Shown here piece by piece: positions 51,751 to 62,245 of a DNA stretch of 64,000 bases. The notes under the pieces were generated by a model. It saw only the letters and a list, made by a program, of their open reading frames with translations, ran no database searches and was not told the origin of the DNA. Origin of the DNA: Aplysia californica (Eukaryota); assembly GCF_000002075.1 (NCBI RefSeq), contig NW_004797454.1, positions 997,181 through 1,061,180 on the forward strand, written 5' to 3'. Position numbers and translations under genes: made by a program. Numbering within the stretch: position 1 is the stretch's first letter; each line of letters starts with the position of its first letter.

Positions 51751-52589
51751 TACGAACGACGCGTTAAAATGTGCCGAGTCCAAAGGAGGACATAATGGAC
51801 CATTGTTCTTGGAATTCCACTTCTTTAAATTCACTTTTTAGGAGAAAAGAAATATTGTTTGAAGGTTACAGGGATGGAAAGATTAGATTTTGAAAATAAA
51901 AGGAAAGGAAAATACAAACCAATCATGCCATGACTTCCCTTTTAAATTGATGCATTTTGTTTGCAATTATAGGTGGTTTTTATAAAAGCCATTTCCGTTT
52001 TCGAAATTAAGTTTCTTCTTTGTGAATTTTATGTCAAACAAATTCCTTTTGACTGAATTATATCTGTTCCAAATTACAACATTCTAGTACAAATATTTTG
52101 CGAGATATTTAGAAAAAAAAGTTGTACAGTAGTTTTTTTCTAGATCACCTTGTACATAACTATTTTCCTCCTAGCGTGCTATCCGTATCCTTGTATTTAC
52201 AATATGATCTCCCCAAATAGCCAAACCAATACTCTCGGGCTTTAATAACTAACTGAAGTAACAATGGTTTTGCCATGACCTAAACATATTAAGTCAGGAG
52301 ATAAATGACATTGAGGATTACGCAGTGGACAAAATTTTCGACCTTGACGAAAAGCCTAATTCATAGAGACCCTGCAAAAGTGATTTAGTAACACACTCTA
52401 GAAATAAAAGGACATTAAACATGATCATCTTGGGATCATTGGGGAGAGCGACATGAGGTGAGCCAGCTGTCCAGATGTACTAAGCCAAACATTTAGATTT
52501 TATATTACCCTCGGCAAGGCCTACATTGTTAATACTAAAGCAGAACATTAAGTGCGCCCCAACTGATCAATTTGCCACGAGAAGCCTAC

Positions 52590-52682
52590 CATTTCATGTC
52601 TAAAGTTTTCCCGCACAGTGGAACAAAGATTCGTTCGTTCTTTCCACCCAAGAGAAGCTTGTCAAAATGCTTTTCCAGCAAC
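52590..52682 (-). CDS. TPMT: TPMT coding exon 2
   Basis: LLEKHFDKLLLGGKNERIFVPLCGKTLDMKW (SAM-binding motif I, VPLCGK). 93 bp, same size as the vertebrate exon. Confidence 0.95.
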
Positions 52683-54335
52683 CTGTGAGATCAAAACACA
52701 ACATTATTAATACCAACAAAAAAAAAGGAAAAAACGAAATGTAACACAGAATGTTAGTGAATTGATAGTCTTTTTTTAAAACTTGAACCAGAGGAAAATT
52801 TGTTTTTTATGAATACCTCAACAGAGTGCTTCAAGAAACTCGTAAACCACAAACTATGTTTTTACAAGAAAGAGAACATCTCCCCGTAGTCATTTTTGTC
52901 CCATCTTTTAACTTAAGGTAATATTCTACAGATTAATGCAAGCCCTATTTCAGGATTTAAATGAACTATTATTAACATACTCTGGACTGTGGCGCCAATG
53001 ATCTCGGTCCTGGAGATTTACACAGGAGGTATCGCCACTTTAATGAGACCATAGTGTTGAAAAGGGTATACTGTATCATACCATATCGTTCTATACCGTA
53101 TAGTTCCGCATCACACTATACCAAACAAAATGAACGATTAGTCAAAATAATAACAATGTCTTAATAATAACATACCAATTAATGTTGCACTGAGCTTACG
53201 CCTTACCAACGTGCACATTCAAGGCGGATTTGTAACTTTTAAAATTTCAGATCAAATGAAGGCTACAAAAAAAGAAGAATAAAGTAAAGTCTGTAAACTT
53301 TCTTCTCTATACTAAATATAGCTTCTAATTCTTAACTTAAGAATATTTTTTTTCTGGTTCTTACTTGGCGGTTTACGTCTCGTCCTAATAAATCCTAATT
53401 CTCATAAGGACCTATTCTGGCTACATCAATTCCCATAATCTGTCCTCTTTAGTCCGAAATATTCCAACTCTCTTGGTCAGCCTCAATCTTTTTTTTTTCA
53501 ATCCACTCTCCCTGAGAGACAGGCAGCGGTGCAGTACGTTAATCCGATTATTTTTGTAAACGGTTTTGGTTTTTTTTACTTTAAAAAAAAACTTTTTAAA
53601 GCTCTAGTACATATTTTGCCCACTCTTAAGACATTATGTCATATTCATGTAAGTCTTAGTAGAGTCGAAGAATAAAGGAGTTACTACTAGAGAGTAACAT
53701 ACAAAGAAAAGTAGGAGAGATAAAGACGATAGACGTACAATAGGAAAGAAGGAGCAAGCCACACTCAGAGTCAGAGCACCGCTACCTACTCACGACAACG
53801 ACATAATCTGTGCGAATTTCAGTTGGGAAACAAAAAAGATAGCAGTCTACCAACTGTGCCGCTGCCGCTTCATTCGAGTTTAGTTTTAATAAGGTTTTAC
53901 TGCGCTGGCAACTGCATAAGGTTATATGAGCGCCAAGGGGTGGGTGTCAACAGAGAAGTCGAAACAGGGAATCAGGCTTACTCTGCTCACCTCTATAGCC
54001 TCAACAGCACTAAGTCTGGTTCGACTATCAAGGCGCCCCAAAAATAGCAGTTCACAAGATTTTTTTCTAGATTTAGTAAGAGTTTAACGGCAATTGCAAC
54101 ACAATAAGGTCATATGCAGTTCACAAGAGAGTGACAAACATACAAAAGAAGTAAAGGAAAAATGGCGATAGTAAGGATGAGGAAAGAAAAAGCAGCATTT
54201 CCTCCTATGTTGTTCTGGAACAGAATGAACATGACATTGATAAATCAGTCCATTTACAGTTCTGCTGTGCATAGGAACAGGTTAATATCCCCCGTTTGGG
54301 AATATCTTAAAGACACTTCAGCCAGTAGCACTGCC

Positions 54336-54368
<33 letters not shown>

Positions 54369-54442
54369 TCATTCAAGAAAGTGATATCAGTTTTGCGGGA
54401 GAAAATGGTGACATTTAATTTCAATAACAGATTCATGCTTAC

Positions 54443-54528
54443 GGGTTAACTTCCTGTTTGTGGAAGGTGACGATCCCTGCGTCCCATCGTTTTTGCCAGT
54501 AATCAACTCGATTTCTCTGTGATTCCAT
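54443..54528 (-). CDS. TPMT: Thiopurine S-methyltransferase-like coding exon 1
   Basis: MESQRNRVDYWQKRWDAGIVTFHKQEVNP carries the TPMT W..RW.....FH...VN motif. Acceptor at 54538-54540; GTAAGC donor. Confidence 0.9.
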
Positions 54529-54946
54529 GGTAGACAACTGGAAAAAAAGATTAATAAAACAGAAAAGCTAAATATTAGTTAATGAAAGGAATTTGAACGT
54601 CTTATTATCGGAACCGCGCTCAAATCAGATGTTTACAAGAATACATGAGAGCGCCGGCCAACCACCCACCCANNNNNNNNNNNNNNNNNNNNNNNNNNNN
54701 NNNNNNNNNNNNNNNNNNNNNNNNNNNNNNNNNNNNNNNNNNNNNNNNNNNNNNNNNNNNNNNNNNNNNNNNNNNNNNNNNNNNNNNNNNNNNNNNNNNN
54801 NNNCGGAAAGAAGGACAACGTACCAAATAAGCTTTCCTCGTTGATCACTGTAGCGTTTTGGTGACAAACTACGAGACTTTCCGGGACTTTTTGACGTACG
54901 TTTGATTAGATCTGCAGTGGATATGCGTGGTTGTGAGCTCTATTAA

Positions 54947-55186
54947 CCCTATCCGTACGTCATGTTTTACTATCGAAACCATTTGACTTGGGGAACTCGG
55001 TGCCACCACTTTCCAAAGAGGAAATTAACTCATTAATCCGATCCGTACGCTTTGAACAGCAGTCTATCAAAATGATATTTGGAGAAATACTGAAAGTTTC
55101 AAAGAGATCTTCGTACAAGAAGTATTCTAAAATGTGAAGAATACAACCCCGGGGGTACAACATAACCCCAGGGCGTACGGATAGGG
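54947..55186. mobile_element. piggyBac-type MITE
   Basis: Perfect 13-bp TIR CCCTATCCGTACG / CGTACGGATAGGG, flanked by TTAA on both sides (54943-54946 and 55187-55190). Confidence 0.85.
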
Positions 55187-55535
55187 TTAAACAATGCTTT
55201 GTTAGTGGTTAATGAATTGAAGCCTTGTTGATTCACAAAACTGGAGATCCCGACGTTGTACATGACCGTCCTTGAGCCAGTTCTGCATGATAATTCACTA
55301 AAGTGCATGATTTTCAAACTTGCTTTTCCCAACACCAGACATGTCGCGGATCAACAACTCCACACATTCGCTGTGCTGAGTCAGTAATGATACTATTAGC
55401 AATTTAACTCCAGTCAACGGCAAAGTAGTTCAAATCAACGCAAGTTTCATTAAAGTTGCCCGAATTTTGGACCGCATTCTCAAGGTGTGGGTTTTTTTTT
55501 GTGTGTGTGGGGTTTTTTTGGGTGGTTTTTTTTGG

Positions 55536-56038
55536 GTAAGTGATTTACGGCGCTCGCAACTGTATAAGGTCATATTAAATGAGAGCGGGGGACACACCAA
55601 ACATTTTCAGTTGGTAGGAAATTTTGAATTTTGCCCGGTGGCGGCCGAAGTCTACTCTTATATTTTCTGGACCACCATGGGATCTTTAACGTGCGCAACT
55701 TGCACACGGGACCTCCGAGATTTATCGCCTTTCTCTGAGAAGATCTACCATAAGATCAGGGATGTGGCTGAAAAGCAGCAGTAAGAAGGGGCCAAGGAGA
55801 AGCAGTAGAAAGGCTGCAGAAAGAGTCAGGAGCCCAGAGGGGGGGGGGGTGGCAAAGGAAGTGAGGGAGTAGGGGCAGAAAGTGGACATGAAAGCAGACG
55901 ACAGAACATTGCTTGAGAGCAGGGGGGTGAAAGGAGACAATTTTAGAGAGGAAAATTTTGTTTCCGTTGCTCTCGGATTCGAACCCGGGCTTTTGAATGA
56001 GAGGCAAACACCTTTACTTCTAGGCCATGAATACCCCC
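55536..56038 (-). mobile_element. SINE family A copy
   Basis: Full-length match to the other copies. Confidence 0.88.
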
Positions 56039-56264
56039 AGGGTGTGGTTTGCGGAAATAGAGGCCCAGTTCGGGACGGAAAACATCACAAAAGATTGAAC
56101 AAAATAAGGTTATGTAGTCATTGCTCTTGGCGCCAAAACTGCTGAGGATGTTCAATATTATGTCCTCACCAACTCTCCAAACGCCAAAAAGTACCTCACA
56201 TTGTAACGGTCTCTCTTCCTAAGCTTTGGGCAATTAATCACAATGAATTTTTTTTAAAGTTTAC

Positions 56265-56780
56265 GTAAGTGTTTTACAGCGCTCGCAACTGCATAAGGTC
56301 ATATGAGCGCGCGGGACACATTACATTTTTTTTCAGCTGGTAGGAAGAAAATAAGAATTTTGCCCGGGTGGTGGCCGAAGCCTACTCTTTTCGATTTTAG
56401 ACCACCAAGGGATCTTTAACGTGTTCAACTTGCACACGGGCCCTCCGAGATTTTTCGCCCTTGTCCAAGAAGGCTAGGTGTAGATCTTTCCTACCAGAAG
56501 ATCAGGGGTGTGGCTGAAAGACAGCAGTAAGAAGGAGCCAAGGAGTAGGAGTAGAAAGGCTGCAGAAAGAGTCAGGAGCCCAGAGGAGGGGACAAAGGAG
56601 GTGAGAGGTGGGGGGCAGAAAGAGGAGACGAAAGCAGACAACAGAACATTGCTTGATAGCAGGAAAGGAGGTGAAGGGAGATAATTTTAGTGAAGAAATA
56701 TTTTCGGTTGCTACCCGGATTCGAACCCGGGACCGTTGAATGAGAGGCCAGCACCCTAACCTCTAGGCCCCGAGAGCCCC
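56265..56780 (-). mobile_element. SINE family A copy (best preserved)
   Basis: Head GGGCCTAGAGGTTAGGGTGCTGGCCTCTCATTCAACGGTCCCGGGTTCGAATCCGGGT resembles tRNA-Glu(CTC). Confidence 0.9.
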
Positions 56781-56839
56781 CAACGAACTTTAAAATCTAA
56801 ACGATCTTGGGACAGAAAATCCATCCACAGCTTTCCCCT

Positions 56840-57900
56840 TTCTATGAACAATAAGTGCTTTAAACGACAAGCCAAAGATCTTTCCCACAATTCTCCACAC
56901 CTTCGCAACATTCGCAGGACATAACTTTAGTCATCTCAACATTCATGTTGAGTCTGCTGATCGTTATGTGAATCACGTTCTCCAAAATTGCGCAAGAAGT
57001 TCAGCTGGCACGAGCCCCCTATCAACCCACTTCAACAACGATCGAATCTGTGTAACAATAAAGCCAAAGCTTGCTTCACGCTCTCCACGTCGCTCAAAAA
57101 CAAGCCCAAATCCACACTTTTTCTCGGTGTGTTTCCACCATTCTAGATTAGGTCCGTCGAATTAATGCATGTAATGTCAACGTGGTTGTTTAGTGTTCTT
57201 CTGTACTCTTCTAGACCTCCGGTAACGTGAAGACCAGACATCTATGCGACCAGCCGATAGCCGTGGCAAAGGATGGTTTTTCAAACTTTTACTCGCTTCA
57301 CGTCCAGTCGAGGACCTGAAATGCGGAAAACCTTACCTTTATGACACAGTAGCAGAGGTATCACTTGTCCCACTTCTGGGTGGCGTCGGTAGCCTAGTGG
57401 TTAGGCTACCGGACTCGTAATCGTGAGATTGCGGTTTCGGGGATTCGAGCATCAGCTCGACGTTGTGTCCTTGGGAAAGACACTTTACACGAACTTCCCA
57501 TTTGTCTCGGTCCTATCGGAGACGGACGTTAAACTAGGAAGTACCGCCCCTTAAATAACCTCATAGTGTTGATAGGGCCATTTTCACCACTTCTGGGCAT
57601 GATCAAAGAGACAGACAACTCCCCCCCCCCCCTCTCCCAATTTCGCTTCGGCAGGTTATGGAACTTCTTCCACCCGTGCTTAGGTTAGACCCAGTATTTC
57701 TCTAGTGACTCTGGGACGTTATTACCACGGGTCTTACCTTGCTAATGTTACTCGACCCATCTTCGGGGTAGACCTCTTAAAGCACATAATCTTTCCAATG
57801 ATCTCAGAGGCGAACGCCTGTTGCCTTTTGACAACACCCTATTGGCCCCAGAGAAGCCAAAGCTCCCTTGATACTTACAGGCCAAGGAATCCCTTATCAA
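56840..57900 (+). mobile_element. Degenerate Gypsy gag-protease fragment, interrupted by a SINE
   Basis: LYDTVAEVSLVP (from LVDTGAEVS) and LANVTRPIFGVDLL (from ADV..PILGADFL). Boundaries approximate. Confidence 0.6.
57381..57586 (+). mobile_element. tRNA-derived SINE family C (CORE-like plus Nin-like), with 11-bp TSD
   Basis: TAGCCTAGTGG A box, GTTGTGTCCTTGGGAAAGACACTTTA, CGGTCCTATCGGAGACGGACGTTAAA. TSD CCACTTCTGGG at 57370-57380 and 57587-57597. A related copy lies at ~1385-1536. Confidence 0.85.
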
Positions 57901-59639
57901 AATATTCTAGACTATAATGGGCTCTCCATCTTAAAATTAAAACGGCTTTTGGAGTATAACTTTTGAAAAAATTCACCAATCTATTCCAGATTTTAACACG
58001 GGACATAATAATGTGCATTGATATATTCATCTCATCAGTTCTTAAAAATAATGGTTGGTACCCGACCCTAAATAAGCAGCGAGCTTTGTCTCCTTTAGTT
58101 ACTGTAGATTCGAGTACCTTTCCAAGTTATTCTTGTTGCTTATTATCAGGTCCCTGAAGTTCCTGCAGAAATTATCGACACGACCCAGAGGATGATCCTC
58201 ATGGATGGAAGTGGAAGTTTTCGTACTGCTGACCTTTTTCCCCATCTCATCCTCTATCTGACGCTTCAATGGTTTCAACCTCTACGGGGGAAACAGCGAG
58301 CAGCTGACCTTCTCTGTCCTCACGCGTTGTACACTTGAAAATGGGGTGGAAACAGAGCGGGAGTGGGGTGGGGGTGGGGGTGGGGGGGATTTGCACTGTT
58401 CCGGAGAGGGAGAATTGGCACTTCCTTTTTTGTTTCTTTTTTTCTCAACGTGGAGTAGGACGATGATAATGAAGTAGATGACGATAAAGGAGGGGGGGGG
58501 GGGGTGGTCACGGGGGAAACGTCGACGTAAATAAATAACCACTGGGTCCCTTTCTTAATTTAGGAACGTCGCCGCCGTCGAATTCACCCCTAGAATAAGC
58601 CTTATAAATTTGAGCAGACGTCTATATCAACAAGGGGTAGTAGTAAGCCTAATACTCGAATCAGTTTCATTGCTAAGTATAAACCCTGTTCGCCCCTTTC
58701 GGGCTACTTTTATAAGCAGCCACACGTACTGATTATATATATGCTTACAATTAGACTGGCAACGAAAACTAAGAAAGGTGGGGGGGGGGGGGGGGGGCTA
58801 ACTCCTAATATAACCTCGTGGCTGCTCTGAGTGCTTGTTTCTGTGTTCTTTTCTCGACCTTTTGCTGCCCTATAATCAGGTCATATCCGTTCCTGGCCAC
58901 GAAAGGCCAGATAAAAACAGCAGTTAAATTTAAGGAAAAAAACCCAACTAATAATACGTTTGAAGTATTGTTATCTCTGCTTTTTTTAACTTATATTTGT
59001 GTTTCCAGATCTTAAGTTACAATTACTATTTTTTAAAATCCTGAGACTATTATTCCAACCGTGCGTTTAAAAATTATATCGTAATTACGTTTACGTTTTT
59101 CCCGAAATGTGGGAATGGCTATTTCATGAGAGATTTTCTCGCTCGTTTGAGTGAATTCAGGATTTGTTTTCATTCACAAAGCGGTGATGCCGCCATGAAT
59201 GAAAGTTTTGTTAAGTATCGTTTATGGCTTTATCTCCATCTGGTTCTCAGTCTCACTTCGACTATCCTGTCAAACAAGTTGGGAGATTTTTATTTTTTTA
59301 AAATTATTTTTAATTTTTTCGTCCCCTTTTTTTCGCCAGAGGCTGTGATCGAAAGTTGTTTTGTTTGTACACGTGTATTTCAATAGCAGACAAAAGACTT
59401 AGCTAGATCTATATGCATTTGATTCTTGTTACAATTTTCATCAGGCTCTTGCTGCTCATAGGTCGGACTTGAGTCTTGAGCAGGTCTTGTTGGTGGTTGT
59501 TTTGTTTGTTTGTTTGTTTGTTTGGTTGTTTGGTTGTTTGGTTGGTTGGGTTTTTTTTTCATCTGTTAAAACAGACGTCCGTAAAAACTTTTTCTCGCCG
59601 CAAAACACTTACACTTACATACAAAAAAAAGTTGAAGTT

Positions 59640-59742
59640 ATGTCTGTAGGAGAGACAGAAGAAAGCCATCTGATAGAATTCGACTTTGGCGATGATGGTC
59701 GAATTCTGCCAGATGGCATTCTTCAGTCCCTCTTACAGACAT
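59640..59742. repeat. Inverted repeat: 45-bp arms, 13-nt loop
   Basis: Arm 59640-59684 matches the reverse complement of 59698-59742 at 39 of 45 positions. Confidence 0.9.
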
Positions 59743-59892
59743 GTTTGTTACTTCACTTAATTTTCTCAATTTTTTTCTTTTGGGGGACNNNNNNNNNNNN
59801 NNNNNNNNNNNNNNNNNNNNNNNNNNNNNNNNNNNNNNNNNNNNNNNNNNNNNNNNNNNNNNNNNNNNNNNNNNNNNNNNNNNNNNNNGGGG

Positions 59893-60430
59893 GGTTGTTT
59901 TACCACGCTTGCAACTGTATAAGGTCACATGAGCGCGCGGGACACATTTAACATTTTCAGTTTGTTAAGAATTCATTTTGAAATTTGCCCGAGTGGTGGT
60001 CGAAGCCTACTCCTATCAATTTTAAACCACCAAGGGATCTCTAATTAACATGCGCGACTTGCACATGGGACCTCTGAGATTGTTTGCCCTGAACCGAGAA
60101 GGCAAGGAGTAGATCTTACCTACCATAAGATCAGGGGTGTGGCTGAAGAAAGACTGCAGTAAGGAGCCGGCCAGCAGTGGAAAGGCTGCAGAAAGAGGAG
60201 CAAAGAAGAGGGGGCAAAGGAGGGGGCAAAGGAGGGGGCAAAGGAGGTGAAGGGGTGGGGGTAAAAAGTGGAGATGAAAGCAGACGACAGAACTATGTTA
60301 GAGGGAAGAAAAGGAGGTGAATGGAGAAAATTATTTAGAGAAGAAAATTGTTCGTCGTAGTTCGGATTCGAACCCGAGACCTATAATTCAGTGAGAGGCA
60401 AACACCATAACCTCCAGACCACGAGACCCT
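59893..60430 (-). mobile_element. SINE family A copy
   Basis: Full-length, with an internal 12-bp tandem expansion (GGGGGCAAAGGA). Confidence 0.88.
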
Positions 60431-60530
60431 CTCCCACCCCTCACAATTTACTTTTATACAGATCTAATAAAATCACGTCTTTGGAGAAAAAAAAAGTTTA
60501 ATTTTAAAAAATAATAAAAGAGTTACTCAC

Positions 60531-60720
60531 GCATGTGAATGTGGAACAGACAACACAGTAGGCCTAAAACTTAAGAGCAGAAAAAAACCGGATATCCGTT
60601 GACACGGGAAGTTTTAATTTAAGCAAGAGAAATACAAGGTGTTACCGCAGAGCAAGAGTACTCGGTCTGAAGTGACAATGGTTCGGAACGGCCTTCTCTC
60701 TCGACGTAACGTCCTGATGG
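60531..60720 (-). promoter_or_regulatory. Putative TPMT non-coding first exon and promoter
   Basis: Consensus GTGAGT donor at 60530-60525 within CpG-containing unique sequence. Coding exon 1 starts with an acceptor, so an upstream exon is required. Confidence 0.4.
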
Positions 60721-61045
60721 TGTGCACTTTATAGCAAAGTAGGCAAGGTTCATAATATTGTTAATTTGATGCTCTACTTTCTCTACACCGAGGGGAATTA
60801 ATTATTTCCCCCTCTTTGTTGGGTTTTAAGTTGGCGTGTTCATATTTTTTTTATTGCTCTGTTGTGTTGTTTTTCTATTTTCTATGTAAATATAGCGCAA
60901 TGCAATTTCATTTGGTTTTGTTCCTACTTTTAAAAATATAAGTAGATGTGTTAGGAAGAGTCTTCGGGGACCAGGATTTTGGTCCACGGAGATTAAAATT
61001 GTGGTCTTTTCAGTCAAAACCTGGGTGGGTTATTTATGAGAGAGA

Positions 61046-61082
<37 letters not shown>

Positions 61083-62062
61083 NNNNNNNNNNNNNNNNNN
61101 NNNNNNNNNNNNNNNNNNNNNNNNNNNNNNNNNNNNNNNNNNNNNNNNNNNNNNNNNNNNNNNNNNNNNNNNNNNNNNNNNNNNNNNNNNNNNNNNNNNN
61201 NNNNNNNNNNNNNNNNNNNNNNNNNNNNNNNNNNNNNNNNNNNNNNNNNNNNNNNNNNNNNNNNNNNNNNNNNNNNNNNNNNNNNNNNNNNNNNNNNNNN
61301 NNNNNNNNNNNNNNNNNNNNNNNNNNNNNNNNNNNNNNNNNNNNNNNNNNNNNNGTGAGAGAAAGAGAGAGATGAATGTGCACACGGCACAAAGGGAATG
61401 ATTTAGAGAAAAATGAATAGGATAATAATAGGCGTGTTCTGCGTGCAGGAGTGAGTACATTTTTAAGCTTTGCGAGGTAAAATAAATAAGCCCGATTTAA
61501 TGACGCTCTAAACGCTGGAAATTTACTCACTTCTGAATACAGAATACGCCTGAGCACGCACACAGTCTTGATTGATAGCGCACAAGACGCAAGATCAACT
61601 CACATTCACTAACGACAATAACAAGAAAGGAAAAAAGAAAGTACGTTACAGCTTGGAAAAGGTAGAAGAAAAGCAAAGCAAACTGTTGTAGGGACTTGAC
61701 AGAACGTCGGGTTGTGAACCAAGCACAGACGAATGTATAAAATATAAGAAACTCTCAAAGTGCTGTCCAACAGACACCGACACGACCGTCCCTTCTATTT
61801 GGGAAAACGAAATGACAACAATTGGAAGCAAAAAGAAATGACTCGTGAGGTCACGCATGCGCAAAGCTAAATATTTTCATGGTCCCCCTGGACTGGGTGT
61901 CTCCATGAACCAGGATCCTGGTCTCGGGAGACACTTCCAAAGTGTTATGATAGCGTGTGTCTCCTCCAAAACCGAATACATGTACTGAAATTGGCAGGCC
62001 CCTTGTGTCATAATATGATTCCATAATTTACAAATATCCTGTACTTAAAAATAAAAATTACC

Positions 62063-62245
62063 GTGGGTGGTTGGCGGGTGCTCTGGTGTGGTTTGCTTCT
62101 TCTTTTCTATCAAACATCTACCGTTCTTATCTTCCCTTCTTCTTTTTTTATGTTTGTTACTCTCTTTTAACAGCTCTAATCTTCTGGCACTCATATGACC
62201 TTATGCAGTTGCGAGCGCCGTAAAACCTTTTCTAAAACTTAAAAA
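62063..62245 (+). mobile_element. Short retroposon family B (~180 bp), representative copy
   Basis: Begins GTGGGTGGTTGGCGGGTGCTCTGGTG and ends with the family A tail. Other copies at ~2003-2120(+), 19497-19680(+), 21398-21605(+), 23445-23615(-), 44922-45085(-), 45190-45355(+), 48950-49105(-), 53680-53795(-) and 54072-54195(-). Confidence 0.8.

Noticed and set aside
56700-56780. tRNA gene calls at SINE heads
   Set aside because: They have A/B boxes but degenerate cloverleafs, and they continue into shared SINE bodies.
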